Positions 19,307 to 28,451 of a DNA stretch of 64,000 nt are shown here, piece after piece (the first letter of the stretch is position 1; the number at the start of each line of letters is the position of its first letter). A program made the translations under genes and the position numbers. The stretch is taken from contig DIRC01000018.1 in assembly GCA_002427465.1 (NCBI GenBank), positions 3,671 through 67,670 on the forward strand, given 5' to 3'. This stretch comes from Clostridiales bacterium UBA5446 (lineage in GTDB: Bacteria > Bacillota > Clostridia > Oscillospirales > Oscillospiraceae). The notes beneath the pieces were generated by a model. That model made no database searches. It had not been told where the DNA came from and saw only the letters and a list, made by a program, of their open reading frames with translations.

Positions 19307-19412
19307 TTTCAAAATTACACACATCCGCGCGTAACGGAGGCTCCCTCCGGCGGGAATAAGTTTCCGTTATACAAAACGCGGATAACATCATTGAAAGGAA
19401 TGATTGCGAAAG

Positions 19413-19781
19413 ATGGCACGTATAGCCGGCGTTGACCTGCCCAAGGACAAGAGGATCGAGATCGGTCTCACCTATGTCTATGGAATCGGCAGGACGAGCG
19501 CAAAAAAAATACTCGAGGCAACCGGCATTAACCCCGATACCCGCGTAAAGGATCTCACCGATGAGGACGAGGCCAAGCTGCGCGAGTGCATTGATAAAAG
19601 TTTTATGGTCGAGGGCGACCTGCGCCGCAGCATGGCGTTGGACATTAAGCGTCTCACCGAGATCGGCAGCTACCGGGGCATGCGCCATAGAAAGGGCCTG
19701 CCTGTCCGCGGACAGAGAAGCAAGACAAACGCGCGCACCCGCAAGGGCCCGAAGCGCACAATCGCAAATAAGAGGAAGTAA
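19413..19781 (+). CDS. rpsM: 30S ribosomal protein S13
   Basis: [26 protein letters not shown]... Confidence 0.97.
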   Translation: MARIAGVDLPKDKRIEIGLTYVYGIGRTSAKKILEATGINPDTRVKDLTDEDEAKLRECIDKSFMVEGDLRRSMALDIKRLTEIGSYRGMRHRKGLPVRGQRSKTNARTRKGPKRTIANKRK

Positions 19782-19795
19782 AGGAGGGATATGTA

Positions 19796-20191
19796 ATGGC
19801 AGCACCCAAGAAGAAAGTCCGCACTCGCCGCAGAGAGCGCAAAAATATTGAGAAGGGCCAGGTTCATATCAGTTCCTCCTTCAACAATACCATGGTAACC
19901 ATCACCGACACCAACGGAAACGCCATTTCCTGGGCTTCCTCGGGAGGCATGGGCTTCCGCGGAAGCAAGAAAAGCACCCCATTCGCCTCTCAGACGGCCG
20001 CGGAAACGGCTGCGAAAGCTGCGATGGAGCACGGCCTTAAGACCGTTGAGGTCTTTGTCAAGGGTCCGGGTTCAGGCCGCGAGGCCGCTATCCGCGCCCT
20101 GCAGACCGCAGGCCTTGAGGTCACGATGATAAAGGACGTCACGCCGATACCCCACAACGGCTGCCGCCCGCCGAAGCGCCGTCGCGTGTAA
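19796..20191 (+). CDS. rpsK: 30S ribosomal protein S11
   Basis: …[30 protein letters not shown]…. Confidence 0.98.
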   Translation: MAAPKKKVRTRRRERKNIEKGQVHISSSFNNTMVTITDTNGNAISWASSGGMGFRGSKKSTPFASQTAAETAAKAAMEHGLKTVEVFVKGPGSGREAAIRALQTAGLEVTMIKDVTPIPHNGCRPPKRRRV

Positions 20192-20211
20192 GGAAGAGGA
20201 GGTAAGAGATA

Positions 20212-20841
20212 ATGGCAAGATATACCGAAGCGGTCTGCCGGCAGTGCCGCAGGGAAGGACAGAAGCTTTTCCTGAAGGGGGACAGATGCTACACGCAGAA
20301 ATGCGCCGTGGACGCCAGGCCGTATGCGCCCGGCCAGCATGGGCAGAACCGCCGCAGCAAAACCTCCGATTACGGCAAGCAGCTGCGTGAAAAGCAGAAG
20401 GCCAGAAGATACTACGGCCTTCTTGAGAGCCAGTTTAAGGGCTATTTCGACATTGCTGAGCGGCGCCCTGGCCTGACCGGCGGGAACCTGCTTTCTATCT
20501 GCGAGAGCAGACTGGACAACGTGGTCTACCGTCTGGGCTTTGCCATGAGCCGGGCCGAGGCGCGCCAGATGGTCAATCACGGGCATTTCACCGTTAATGG
20601 CCGGAAGGTTAGCATCCCCAGCTTTCAGGTCAAGCCGGGAATGGTCATAACCCTCAGGGAAAAAAGTCGGAATCTTGAGAAAATCAAGGCCAATGCCGAG
20701 GCAAACGCCTTCCGCCAGCCCCCCAAATGGCTTGAATACGACGCCTCCAACATGATTGCGAAGGTCGCCGCAGTTCCCGCCAGAGAGGATATCGATCTGC
20801 CGATAGAAGAGCATCTCATTGTCGAGCTGTATTCCAAGTAA
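20212..20841 (+). CDS. rpsD: 30S ribosomal protein S4 (Cys-cluster form)
   Basis: [31 protein letters not shown]... Confidence 0.97.
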   Translation: MARYTEAVCRQCRREGQKLFLKGDRCYTQKCAVDARPYAPGQHGQNRRSKTSDYGKQLREKQKARRYYGLLESQFKGYFDIAERRPGLTGGNLLSICESRLDNVVYRLGFAMSRAEARQMVNHGHFTVNGRKVSIPSFQVKPGMVITLREKSRNLEKIKANAEANAFRQPPKWLEYDASNMIAKVAAVPAREDIDLPIEEHLIVELYSK

Positions 20842-20917
20842 ACGGTAAACCCTCAATTGGTAAGCTGAAAACCTCAGCGCTCCCATGCGCGAATTATTAA
20901 AAGGAGGGTTAGTTCAC

Positions 20918-21868
20918 ATGATTGAAATAGAAAAGCCTCGCATCGAATGTATTGAGACCCCGATGGACGATTCATACGGCAAATATGTCATCGAGCCTCT
21001 TGAGCGTGGCTACGGCACGACCCTGGGCAACTCTCTTCGCAGAGTACTTCTGTCCTCGCTTCCCGGAACCGCCGTTACGTCGATCCGGATTGCGGGCATC
21101 CAACATGAATTTTCTACAATTCCCGGCGTGAAGGAGGATGTTACCGAGATCGTCCTGAACGTCAAGGGTATCATAGCCAGGCTTCACAGGGAAGGGCCAA
21201 AGACGGTGTACCTGGAAGCGTCCGGAGAGGGAGACATCAAGGCCGGGGACATCAAGGCCGACGCCGAAGTTGAGGTCCTTAACCCGGAGCTGCATATCGC
21301 AACCCTGGGGCCGGACGGCGCGCTCTCCATGGAACTCACCATCGATCATGGCCGCGGATATGTCCAGGCGGAGAAGAACAAACCGCCTCAAACCGTCATC
21401 GGAACGATTCCCGTGGACTCTATTTACACCCCGGTGCTTAAAGTCAATTATGCCGTTGAGAATACCCGTGTCGGGAATCAGACGGACTTTGACAAGCTTA
21501 CAATCGAGGTCTGGACCGACAAGACGATTTTACCCCGGGACGCCTTGTCCCTGGGGGCCAAGATCCTTGTTGACCATTTTACACTGTTCACGGATCTGTC
21601 CGATACCATCGGAAGCAAATCGACCGTTGTTGAAAAGGTGGAGACCCAGCGTGATAAGGTTCTTGAGATGACCATCGAGGAGCTGGATCTTTCGGTGCGA
21701 AGCTTTAATTGCCTCAAGCGTGCGAATATCAATACCGTCGAGGATCTGATCAGCAAGACCCAGGACGAGATGATCAAAGTCCGTAACCTTGGCCGCAAAT
21801 CCCTTGAAGAGGTTGAGCACAAGCTCGCCATGATGGGGCTTGCTCTGGCCAGTGATGATAACCAGTAG
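20918..21868 (+). CDS. rpoA: DNA-directed RNA polymerase subunit alpha
   Basis: [13 protein letters not shown]...[24 protein letters not shown]... C-terminal domain …[16 protein letters not shown]… SD AAGGAGGG. Confidence 0.98.
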   Translation: MIEIEKPRIECIETPMDDSYGKYVIEPLERGYGTTLGNSLRRVLLSSLPGTAVTSIRIAGIQHEFSTIPGVKEDVTEIVLNVKGIIARLHREGPKTVYLEASGEGDIKAGDIKADAEVEVLNPELHIATLGPDGALSMELTIDHGRGYVQAEKNKPPQTVIGTIPVDSIYTPVLKVNYAVENTRVGNQTDFDKLTIEVWTDKTILPRDALSLGAKILVDHFTLFTDLSDTIGSKSTVVEKVETQRDKVLEMTIEELDLSVRSFNCLKRANINTVEDLISKTQDEMIKVRNLGRKSLEEVEHKLAMMGLALASDDNQ

Positions 21869-21936
21869 GGCGGGAGTGTCATCCCGCCGCGCGAACCAAG
21901 CGCAGGCTCCAATTAGCCGATAAGGAGGAAACCACA

Positions 21937-22278
21937 ATGCCCGGTACAAGAAAACTCGGCAAGCCTACCGCAGCACGCATGGCGATGCTTCGCCAGCAGG
22001 TCACGGATCTTTTGGATCTGGGCCGCATGGAGACCACCGTCACGCGGGCCAAGGAGATCAGGCCCCTTGCCGAGAAGATGATTACTCTTGGGAAGAAGAA
22101 GGACATGGCGGCCTACCGTCAGGCCCTCAGCTTCATTACCCGCGAGGATGTTGCCAAGAAGGTGTTCGACGAGATCGCACCCAAGTACGAGGCGCGTGCA
22201 GGCGGATATACCCGCATCACTCGCACCGGTCCCCGCCGGGGCGACGCCGCCGAGATGGCCGTCATCGAGCTGGTATAA
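21937..22278 (+). CDS. rplQ: 50S ribosomal protein L17
   Basis: [26 protein letters not shown]... SD AAGGAGGA. Confidence 0.97.
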   Translation: MPGTRKLGKPTAARMAMLRQQVTDLLDLGRMETTVTRAKEIRPLAEKMITLGKKKDMAAYRQALSFITREDVAKKVFDEIAPKYEARAGGYTRITRTGPRRGDAAEMAVIELV

Positions 22279-22283
22279 TAAAC

Positions 22284-22313
22284 AAAAGCGCCGGACTGTA
22301 TCCGGCGCTTTTT
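22284..22313. terminator. Bidirectional intrinsic terminator (end of alpha operon / end of spoVAC)
   Basis: AAAA-GCGCCGGA-ctgta-TCCGGCGC-TTTTT. The stem is flanked by an A-run and a T-run and lies between convergent genes. Confidence 0.85.
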
Positions 22314-22332
22314 ACATTTTAGCTTACAGGCG

Positions 22333-22776
22333 TCACGAGACGCCGAAAAGGATGAGAATCAGTCCGTATATCACGCTGGCGGAAACGCCGAAAACGATGA
22401 CCGGACCGGCGATCGCAAACATCTTGGCGGCCATGCCGGTTACAAACCCCTCGCTCTTGAACTCCAGGGCGGGGGAGACGACAGAGTTTGCAAATCCGGT
22501 AATCGGCACCAGTGTACCCGCGCCGGCGAACTTGGCGATATCGTCATAAATACCGATGCCGGTAAGAAACGCGCCGAGGAAGATCAGGGATATGGAAGCC
22601 GCCGTTCCAGCGGTTTTGCTGTCCAGCCCCAGGGCCTTGCCGGCGTCGGAGATGGACTGGCCGACGCAGCATATGATCCCGCCGATAAGAAATGCCCGAA
22701 ACAGATTGCCCAGCATTGGCGACGGCGGCGACTTTTTTTTCACATATTCCCCGTATTGCTCGTTTGTCATTTTCAT
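22333..22776 (-). CDS. spoVAC: Stage V sporulation protein AC
   Basis: MKMTNEQYGEYVKKKSPPSPML...FLIGGIICCVGQ...GAGTLVPITGFANSVVSPALEFKSEGF... is very similar to SpoVAC. SD AAGGGGTG before ATG at 22776. The longer track ORF (to 22893) is rejected. Confidence 0.9.
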   Translation of the reverse strand: MKMTNEQYGEYVKKKSPPSPMLGNLFRAFLIGGIICCVGQSISDAGKALGLDSKTAGTAASISLIFLGAFLTGIGIYDDIAKFAGAGTLVPITGFANSVVSPALEFKSEGFVTGMAAKMFAIAGPVIVFGVSASVIYGLILILFGVS

Positions 22777-22848
22777 TACCAGCACCCCTTTTGTATCGGT
22801 TATGGAGAAAAAATCCCCTTCGCGAATAGTCTCCCGCGAAGGAGCAGT

Positions 22849-22883
22849 AATATACCATAATCGCGCAGCGATTATGGTATATT
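22849..22883. repeat. Perfect 15-bp inverted repeat (5-nt loop) upstream of spoVAC
   Basis: AATATACCATAATCG-cgcag-CGATTATGGTATATT, read directly from the sequence. A second 8-bp inverted repeat CCTTCGCG/CGCGAAGG lies at 22817-22842. Confidence 0.9.
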
Positions 22884-23073
22884 GTTTAATCATTTTCGGT
22901 TTCCCGTCAGGGATGAGAAAATGGACTTGAGCTAAAAGTTAATAGCCGATTTGCGGATTTTCGACTATGATACCATAGGGCAATGCACCGCAAGTCTAAA
23001 GCCGGCAAAAAATCGCCTTACCTGTTGCTGAATGAGACGCGGCCCGTCGAAGTTTCCACACTTGGCCGATTCG

Positions 23074-23481
23074 TCATATATCCACCGACAGGTTCGCGAT
23101 GCCGTTGTTTTCAAATTCCGATATATATTCATCCATGCGGGCGGTAAGCTCGGTGAAGTCATCCGGGTCAGTATCTTCAAGGTGCATATCCCGCCTGGCC
23201 AGTTCCTCCGCCAGAATGTCGAAGAATACGGCATCCTCATAATCTGCAATCGCCTCGTGTATTCCGCCCTCCTCAAAGGCCTTGGATGGGAACACATGGC
23301 CGTGCCAAGTCCGATACAGCTCTTTCATTCCGGTTCTGGCACACAGGGCGAAAAGTTTTTCTTGGACAAAATCGTAGTCCTCAAAACGGTCGTCGCCGCG
23401 TGTGGAATTGAGCACCCAATTTCCAATATACACCATATCCAGCAGGCGGCGAAATTCCTTGTCGGTCAGTTCGATGTTCAT
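23074..23481 (-). CDS. Hypothetical, strongly acidic 135-aa cytoplasmic protein (family not recognised)
   Basis: ATG at 23481 is preceded by GGAGGG. Coding-like composition, with 32 Asp+Glu against 13 Lys+Arg. No signal peptide or TM segment. Confidence 0.7.
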   Translation of the reverse strand: MNIELTDKEFRRLLDMVYIGNWVLNSTRGDDRFEDYDFVQEKLFALCARTGMKELYRTWHGHVFPSKAFEEGGIHEAIADYEDAVFFDILAEELARRDMHLEDTDPDDFTELTARMDEYISEFENNGIANLSVDI

Positions 23482-23634
23482 TACGTAATGCCCTCCTTTC
23501 CGGAGTGGTCCGGCATTACTATTATAACAAGACGTGAACGGAAATTCTACTCTAATTTTGCCTTGAAATAATCAGTGACATAGATTATTATTATACTTTG
23601 TACCCTATATTTGTATGCATATCGGAGGCGGCTG

Positions 23635-24450
23635 ATGGATAACAGACCAATAGGCATTTTTGATTCCGGCGTGGGCGGTCTGACTGCACTTAAAGCCCTG
23701 CGGGATCTTCTGCCCGGCGAGGACACCATTTATTTCGGCGATTCCGGACGAATGCCCTATGGCGGCCGTCCCAGGGAGGAGCTTCTTAAAATTGCGGAGC
23801 AGGATGCGGAGTTTTTGGGCCGGCAGAATGTGAAAGCCATCCTGGCGGCCTGCGGGACCACAGATTCAAATGCGCTGCCACACCTGCAAGCCATCTTCGA
23901 CATTCCGGTTTTCGGCGTCATCGCTCCTGCCGCTGCAGCGGCCGCAGCGGCGACGCGGTCCGGGAGCATCGGGGTCATTTCTACGGAGGCCACTGCCAGA
24001 AGCGGCGCTTACAGCCGGGCGCTTCTGGCTATCGATCCGTCGCTGCGGGTCATCACCCGGGGCTGCCCGCTGATCGCGCCTCTCAGCGAAGCCGGGCATA
24101 CGGATAAGGACGATCCGGAGCTTCGCAGCGCTCTGGCGGAGTATCTGGCGGACATTGCTGACGAAAAGATGGATACGCTGCTTCTGGGCTGCACTCACTA
24201 TCCTCTGGTATCCGACGCCATCTCGGATTTCGTGGGCGGCGCGGTTACGCTGATAGATTGCGGCGCGGAGGGCGCTTCGGCGCTTGCGCGGTATCTTTTC
24301 ACAAATGATATGCTTTCCGGGGATTCCCGTGGGGGCCGGGCGACATACTATACTAGTGGAAACGAAAAAGCGTTTGCTTCCGTCGCGGGGATTTTTCTTG
24401 GCGGAAGCATTGCGGATTCGGTCCGCGGCATCGCGCCTTTTAAGCTTTGA
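23635..24450 (+). CDS. murI: Glutamate racemase
   Basis: IGIFDSGVGGLT, …ILACGTT…, …LLGCTHYP… SD GGAGG before ATG 23635. Confidence 0.95.
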   Translation: MDNRPIGIFDSGVGGLTALKALRDLLPGEDTIYFGDSGRMPYGGRPREELLKIAEQDAEFLGRQNVKAILAACGTTDSNALPHLQAIFDIPVFGVIAPAAAAAAAATRSGSIGVISTEATARSGAYSRALLAIDPSLRVITRGCPLIAPLSEAGHTDKDDPELRSALAEYLADIADEKMDTLLLGCTHYPLVSDAISDFVGGAVTLIDCGAEGASALARYLFTNDMLSGDSRGGRATYYTSGNEKAFASVAGIFLGGSIADSVRGIAPFKL

Positions 24451-24508
24451 CACAGGTCCGGCATTATATTATAATGCGATAAACCAACGGAATAATGAGG
24501 TCATCATC

Positions 24509-24940
24509 ATGAAAAATGTTATCATATCCATAAAAGGCACACAAAATTTTATCCAGGACCCCAGCGATACCGTGGAACTGGTAACCGACGGGAAATACAC
24601 GTACGCGGACGGCCGGGGCGAGCTTACTTATATGGAGAGCGAGCTTACAGGCATGGAAGGTACGAAGACATCCTTTATCTTTACACCCAACGAGGTCATT
24701 CTCTCCCGGGAAGGCACCCTGACAAGCCGGATGGTCTTCCGGGAGGGGAAGAAAAACACCTTTCTGTATGATACGCCCTTCGGCTCGGCGACCATGGGGC
24801 TGGACACCCACAGGATCACCTCCAGCCTGGGACCCAAGGGCGGGGACATGCAGATCGATTATATTGTAGATTTCGATCACGCCATGGTGGGGCGAAACAG
24901 CTTTCATATTAACGTCAAAGAGCAGGGAGGGATAAACTGA
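24509..24940 (+). CDS. DUF1934 (YwiB-like) beta-barrel protein
   Basis: MKNVIISIKGTQNFIQDPSDTVELVTDGKY... Small protein immediately upstream of, and overlapping, argS, as in many Firmicutes. Family assignment is from recollection. Confidence 0.7.
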   Translation: MKNVIISIKGTQNFIQDPSDTVELVTDGKYTYADGRGELTYMESELTGMEGTKTSFIFTPNEVILSREGTLTSRMVFREGKKNTFLYDTPFGSATMGLDTHRITSSLGPKGGDMQIDYIVDFDHAMVGRNSFHINVKEQGGIN

Positions 24941-26685
24941 TGCGCAATCTTGTGGCGGACGCCAAGGGTGCCATCGGGGATATTATCACGGCGGCATATG
25001 CCGGAGCCGTCCGGAACGGGGCGCTGCCCGGCGGCGCCGAGATATCCGGGACGGTAGAGATCCCAAAGGATGCGGCAAACGGGGATTTTGCTGCGAACCA
25101 CGCTATGGCCTGCGCCAAGGCGCTGCGCCTTCCGCCCAGAAAAATTGCCGAGTCACTTGTCGCTGAGATGGTTTTTGATGGAAGCTGGTTCGCTTCGGCG
25201 GAGGTTGCCGGCCCGGGCTTTATCAATTTCCGACTTTCCGCCGGCTGGTATGCCGACGTCATCGCGGCGATTGAGGCGGAAGGGGCCGATTATGGGCGGT
25301 CCGGCGCGCTGTCCGGCCAGAAGATCATGGTGGAGTTTGTATCGGCAAATCCCACGGGGCCGATGCATATGGGCAATGCCCGGGGCGGCGTTTTGGGCGA
25401 TACCCTTGCCGAGGTTCTGAGCAGGGCGGGGGCCGACGTCCGCCGTGAGTTTTATGTCAATGATTCCGGAAATCAGATAGAAAAGTTTGCTCTGTCCATT
25501 GAGGCGCGGTACTTACAGCTGATAGAAGGCGAGGAGGCGGTGCCGTTTCCTGAAGATGGATACCAGGGCGACGATATCCGGGAACTTGCCAGGCTTTTCC
25601 GCGAAAAGCACGGCGACGCCGCCGCCAGGGAGCCGGAAACGATCCGCAGACAGGCTTTGGCGGCCTTCGGGCTTTCCTGCAACCTTCCGAAAATGAAGAC
25701 GGATCTGGCCAGGTATCGGATTAAGTATGACCTGTGGTTCAACGAATCCTCCATGTACGATTCCGGTTATGTGGCCCAGACGGCGGCTCTGCTCACCGAG
25801 AAGGGATATACCTATGAGAAGGACGGGGCACTTTGGTTCCGGACATCGGAGATATTGGCCGATAACCTGATTAAAGCGGGAAAGAGCCGGGCATATATCG
25901 AAAAGCTCGACCTGAAGGACGATGTGCTCAGGCGGGCCAACGGCTTCTATACCTATTTCGCCTCGGACATCGCCTATCACCGGAACAAATTTAAAGAGCG
26001 CGGCTTTGACCGGGTCATCAATATCTGGGGAGCCGATCATCATGGCCATGTGGCCCGGCTAAAGGGGGCAATGGACGCCCTGGGGCTGGATGGCGAGAAC
26101 CGGCTGGATATCGTACTTATCCAACTTGTGCGCCTGACCCGGAACGGTGAGGCAGTGCGTATGTCCAAACGCACGGGCAAGGCGATTTCACTTTCCGATC
26201 TTCTTGATGAAATCCCCGTTGACGCGGCGCGCTGGTTTTTTAATTCCAAGCCAGAATCCCAGATGGATTTTGACCTTGATCTTGCCGTGAGGCAGGACAG
26301 CGAGAATCCTGTTTATTATGTCCAGTATGCCCACGCGCGCATATGCTCGCTGATCGCGAATCTGGCCGAGGATGGGCATCCCATGCCCCGGGCCGCGGAA
26401 ATTGACGCGTCGGCGCTTGAAACGGGCTTCGAGAGGGAGCTGATCAAATCCCTGGCCGGGCTGCCCGATGAGATCCGCCACGCGGCGGAGGATCGGGATC
26501 CCAGCCGGATAAACCGGTATGTGACGGAGCTGGCCGCCCGGTTTCACAAGTTCTATAACGCCTGCCGCATAAAGGACGCGGAGCCGGGCGTTTTGGAAGC
26601 GCGGCTGAAGCTGGCCGAATCGGTAAAGCGCGTAATTTCGGTTTCCCTTGGAATACTGGGAGTCTCCGCACCGGAGAAAATGTGA
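24940..26685 (+). CDS. argS: Arginine--tRNA ligase
   Basis: HIGH-type motif SANPTGPMHMGNARGG and KMSKS-type motif RMSKRTG. 581 aa. ATGA overlap with the upstream gene. Confidence 0.96.
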   Translation: MRNLVADAKGAIGDIITAAYAGAVRNGALPGGAEISGTVEIPKDAANGDFAANHAMACAKALRLPPRKIAESLVAEMVFDGSWFASAEVAGPGFINFRLSAGWYADVIAAIEAEGADYGRSGALSGQKIMVEFVSANPTGPMHMGNARGGVLGDTLAEVLSRAGADVRREFYVNDSGNQIEKFALSIEARYLQLIEGEEAVPFPEDGYQGDDIRELARLFREKHGDAAAREPETIRRQALAAFGLSCNLPKMKTDLARYRIKYDLWFNESSMYDSGYVAQTAALLTEKGYTYEKDGALWFRTSEILADNLIKAGKSRAYIEKLDLKDDVLRRANGFYTYFASDIAYHRNKFKERGFDRVINIWGADHHGHVARLKGAMDALGLDGENRLDIVLIQLVRLTRNGEAVRMSKRTGKAISLSDLLDEIPVDAARWFFNSKPESQMDFDLDLAVRQDSENPVYYVQYAHARICSLIANLAEDGHPMPRAAEIDASALETGFERELIKSLAGLPDEIRHAAEDRDPSRINRYVTELAARFHKFYNACRIKDAEPGVLEARLKLAESVKRVISVSLGILGVSAPEKM

Positions 26686-26704
26686 GGCGGCTGACGGTAA
26701 AAAC

Positions 26705-26739
26705 AAAAAACTCTCCCGCTTTCGGCGGGGGAGTTTTTT
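26705..26739 (+). terminator. Intrinsic terminator after argS
   Basis: AAAACTCTCCCGC-tttcg-GCGGGGGAGTTTTTT. Confidence 0.85.
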
Positions 26740-26840
26740 GATAAGGGAACAGAAGAAAAAGATTCGTTGGATGAGGAAAGAATAATGTTATCAATTTAAC
26801 GATCTATGGGCATAATAACACGGGTTTCGACATTTGTAAA

Positions 26841-26885
26841 GGGGATAAATGAAAAATGTTAAAAATTTATTTTTCATTTATCCCC
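26841..26885 (-). terminator. 17-bp perfect hairpin at the 3' end of spmB
   Basis: GGGGATAAATGAAAAAT ... ATTTTTCATTTATCCCC. The spmB stop codon (26878-26880) lies inside one arm. Confidence 0.6.
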
Positions 26886-27399
26886 AAAACCATCGAACTG
26901 TCTGTGCCGCCAGAATAAAGCCGGCGATGTCCGCGCAGATGGCCGCCGGGAGGGCCCAGCGGGTCTTCTTGATGCCTACTGCCCCGAAATAGACGGTGAG
27001 CACATAAAGCGTAGTCTCTGTGGAACCCAGCATGACGGCCGCAGTGCGGCCCACGACGGAGTCTGGCCCATGGGCCGATATCAGCTCGGTGGCGGCGGCA
27101 AGGGCGCCGCTGCCGCTAAGTGGCCGGAGCAGCATCAGTATGGTGGTTTCCGCGGGGATGCCAAGCCGGGAAAGCAGGGGGGCGGCCAGATCCGTCAGGG
27201 CGTCTATGGCCCCGGAGGCCCGCAGCATATAGACGGCAGTCAGCAGCGCAACAAGGGGAGGGAAAATCCGGGCGACAGTGCGCAGCCCTTCGGCCGCTCC
27301 GTCGGCCATGGCGGAAAAGACGTCCGAGCCGCGCAGCAGTCCGGCGATGGCAATGGAGGCGATGATGATCGCCGCAGCCATGCTGCTCAGCGTTTCCAT
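26878..27399 (-). CDS. spmB: Spore maturation protein B (nucleoside-recognition/Gate domain membrane protein)
   Basis: Polytopic 173-aa protein similar to SpmB. It overlaps spmA by 13 nt. Confidence 0.85.
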   Translation of the reverse strand: METLSSMAAAIIIASIAIAGLLRGSDVFSAMADGAAEGLRTVARIFPPLVALLTAVYMLRASGAIDALTDLAAPLLSRLGIPAETTILMLLRPLSGSGALAAATELISAHGPDSVVGRTAAVMLGSTETTLYVLTVYFGAVGIKKTRWALPAAICADIAGFILAAQTVRWFWG

Positions 27400-27974
27400 C
27401 GGCGAAAGAGTGCGGCAAGCAGCTTTGCCACCAGAATGCCGGCTGTAACGGAGCCGGCGGAGGCTATCCAGACCGCGGGCAGGATGTCAAAGGGGGCCTC
27501 CGCGCCGTTGGAGGCGCGCACGGCGGCAATGGTGGTGGGCAGCAGTTGAATGGACGCCGTATTGATTACCACGAGCAGGCAGAGCTCATCCGAAGCTGTG
27601 CCTTTTGGGGATAATCTGGCCATGCCGGAGGCGGCCTTGATGCCCATTGGCGTGGCGGCGTTGCCAAGTCCAAGCAGGTTTGCGGCAACGTTCGCGGACA
27701 GGGCGCCCATGGTTTCGGAATCATGGGAGGCCCGCGGGAAAAGCTTTCCAAGGACCGGCCGGAGAAGACGGGAGAGACCCTGGGTCATCCCGCTTCTTTT
27801 CAGCACCTCCATGACCCCGGACCACAGACAAATTAGGGCGCCCACCTCGATGCAAAATTCTGCGGCATGGCCCGCGCCCTCCAAGGCGGCGGCCCCAACA
27901 GCCGCGCCGTTTCCGGAGGCAGCTCCGAAAAGTACGGCTGCCGTAAGCATCAGTACCCAGACTACGGACATCAT
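27387..27974 (-). CDS. spmA: Spore maturation protein A
   Basis: MMSVVWVLMLTAAVLFGAASGNG... SD GGAGGGTG before ATG 27974. Paired with spmB. Confidence 0.85.
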   Translation of the reverse strand: MMSVVWVLMLTAAVLFGAASGNGAAVGAAALEGAGHAAEFCIEVGALICLWSGVMEVLKRSGMTQGLSRLLRPVLGKLFPRASHDSETMGALSANVAANLLGLGNAATPMGIKAASGMARLSPKGTASDELCLLVVINTASIQLLPTTIAAVRASNGAEAPFDILPAVWIASAGSVTAGILVAKLLAALFRRWKR

Positions 27975-28040
27975 CAGTTTCACCCTCCAACCATCATGTA
28001 AAAACAATATATTTTTTTAGGCCAAGATATGACTGATACA

Positions 28041-28069
28041 TTGACTTGACCAAAAAATTCATATATAAT
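28041..28069 (+). promoter_or_regulatory. Sigma-A type promoter candidate for abrB
   Basis: TTGACT (28041-28046), 17 bp, TATAAT (28064-28069). Confidence 0.6.
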
Positions 28070-28101
28070 TTTATAGGCCATGTACGAAAAGGGGGAAATA
28101 T

Positions 28102-28347
28102 ATGAAGTCGATCGGAATAGTTAGAAAAGTCGATGAGCTTGGGCGGATTGTGTTGCCGATAGAGCTCCGCCGGACATTGGATATTGCGGAAAAGGATCCT
28201 CTTGAGATATATATGGAGGGGGATTCGATTGTCTTGCGCAAATATCAACCCGCATGTGTGTTCTGCGACAGTGCGAGGGACATCATCAGTTTCCACGGCA
28301 GAAATGTCTGCTCGGAGTGTATCCATCAGCTCGGTGAAAAAAATTAG
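28102..28347 (+). CDS. abrB: AbrB/SpoVT-family transition-state regulator (SpoVT-AbrB swapped-hairpin N-domain plus Cys4 C-terminal tail)
   Basis: MKSIGIVRKVDELGRIVLPIELRRTLDIAEKDPLEIY is near-identical in pattern to the AbrB N-domain. C-terminus is CVFC...CSEC. Confidence 0.9.
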   Translation: MKSIGIVRKVDELGRIVLPIELRRTLDIAEKDPLEIYMEGDSIVLRKYQPACVFCDSARDIISFHGRNVCSECIHQLGEKN

Positions 28348-28355
28348 GCGGAATG

Positions 28356-28385
28356 CTCGGGGGCCTGGTGTCCCCGAGTTATAAT
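28356..28385 (+). terminator. Hairpin plus T-rich tract after abrB
   Basis: CTCGGGG-gcctggtgt-CCCCGAG followed by TTATAATATTT. Confidence 0.5.
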
Positions 28386-28451
28386 ATTTATGGCATTTAT
28401 TGGCCCCGTATGTCCTTGTGCGGCAATATTACGGCAATGGGAGAACGACAA

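Noticed and set aside
23032-23571. 179-aa plus-strand ORF
   Set aside because: It is antisense to the acidic-protein ORF, which has a proper SD and coding-like composition. The plus-strand product is low-complexity and has no SD.
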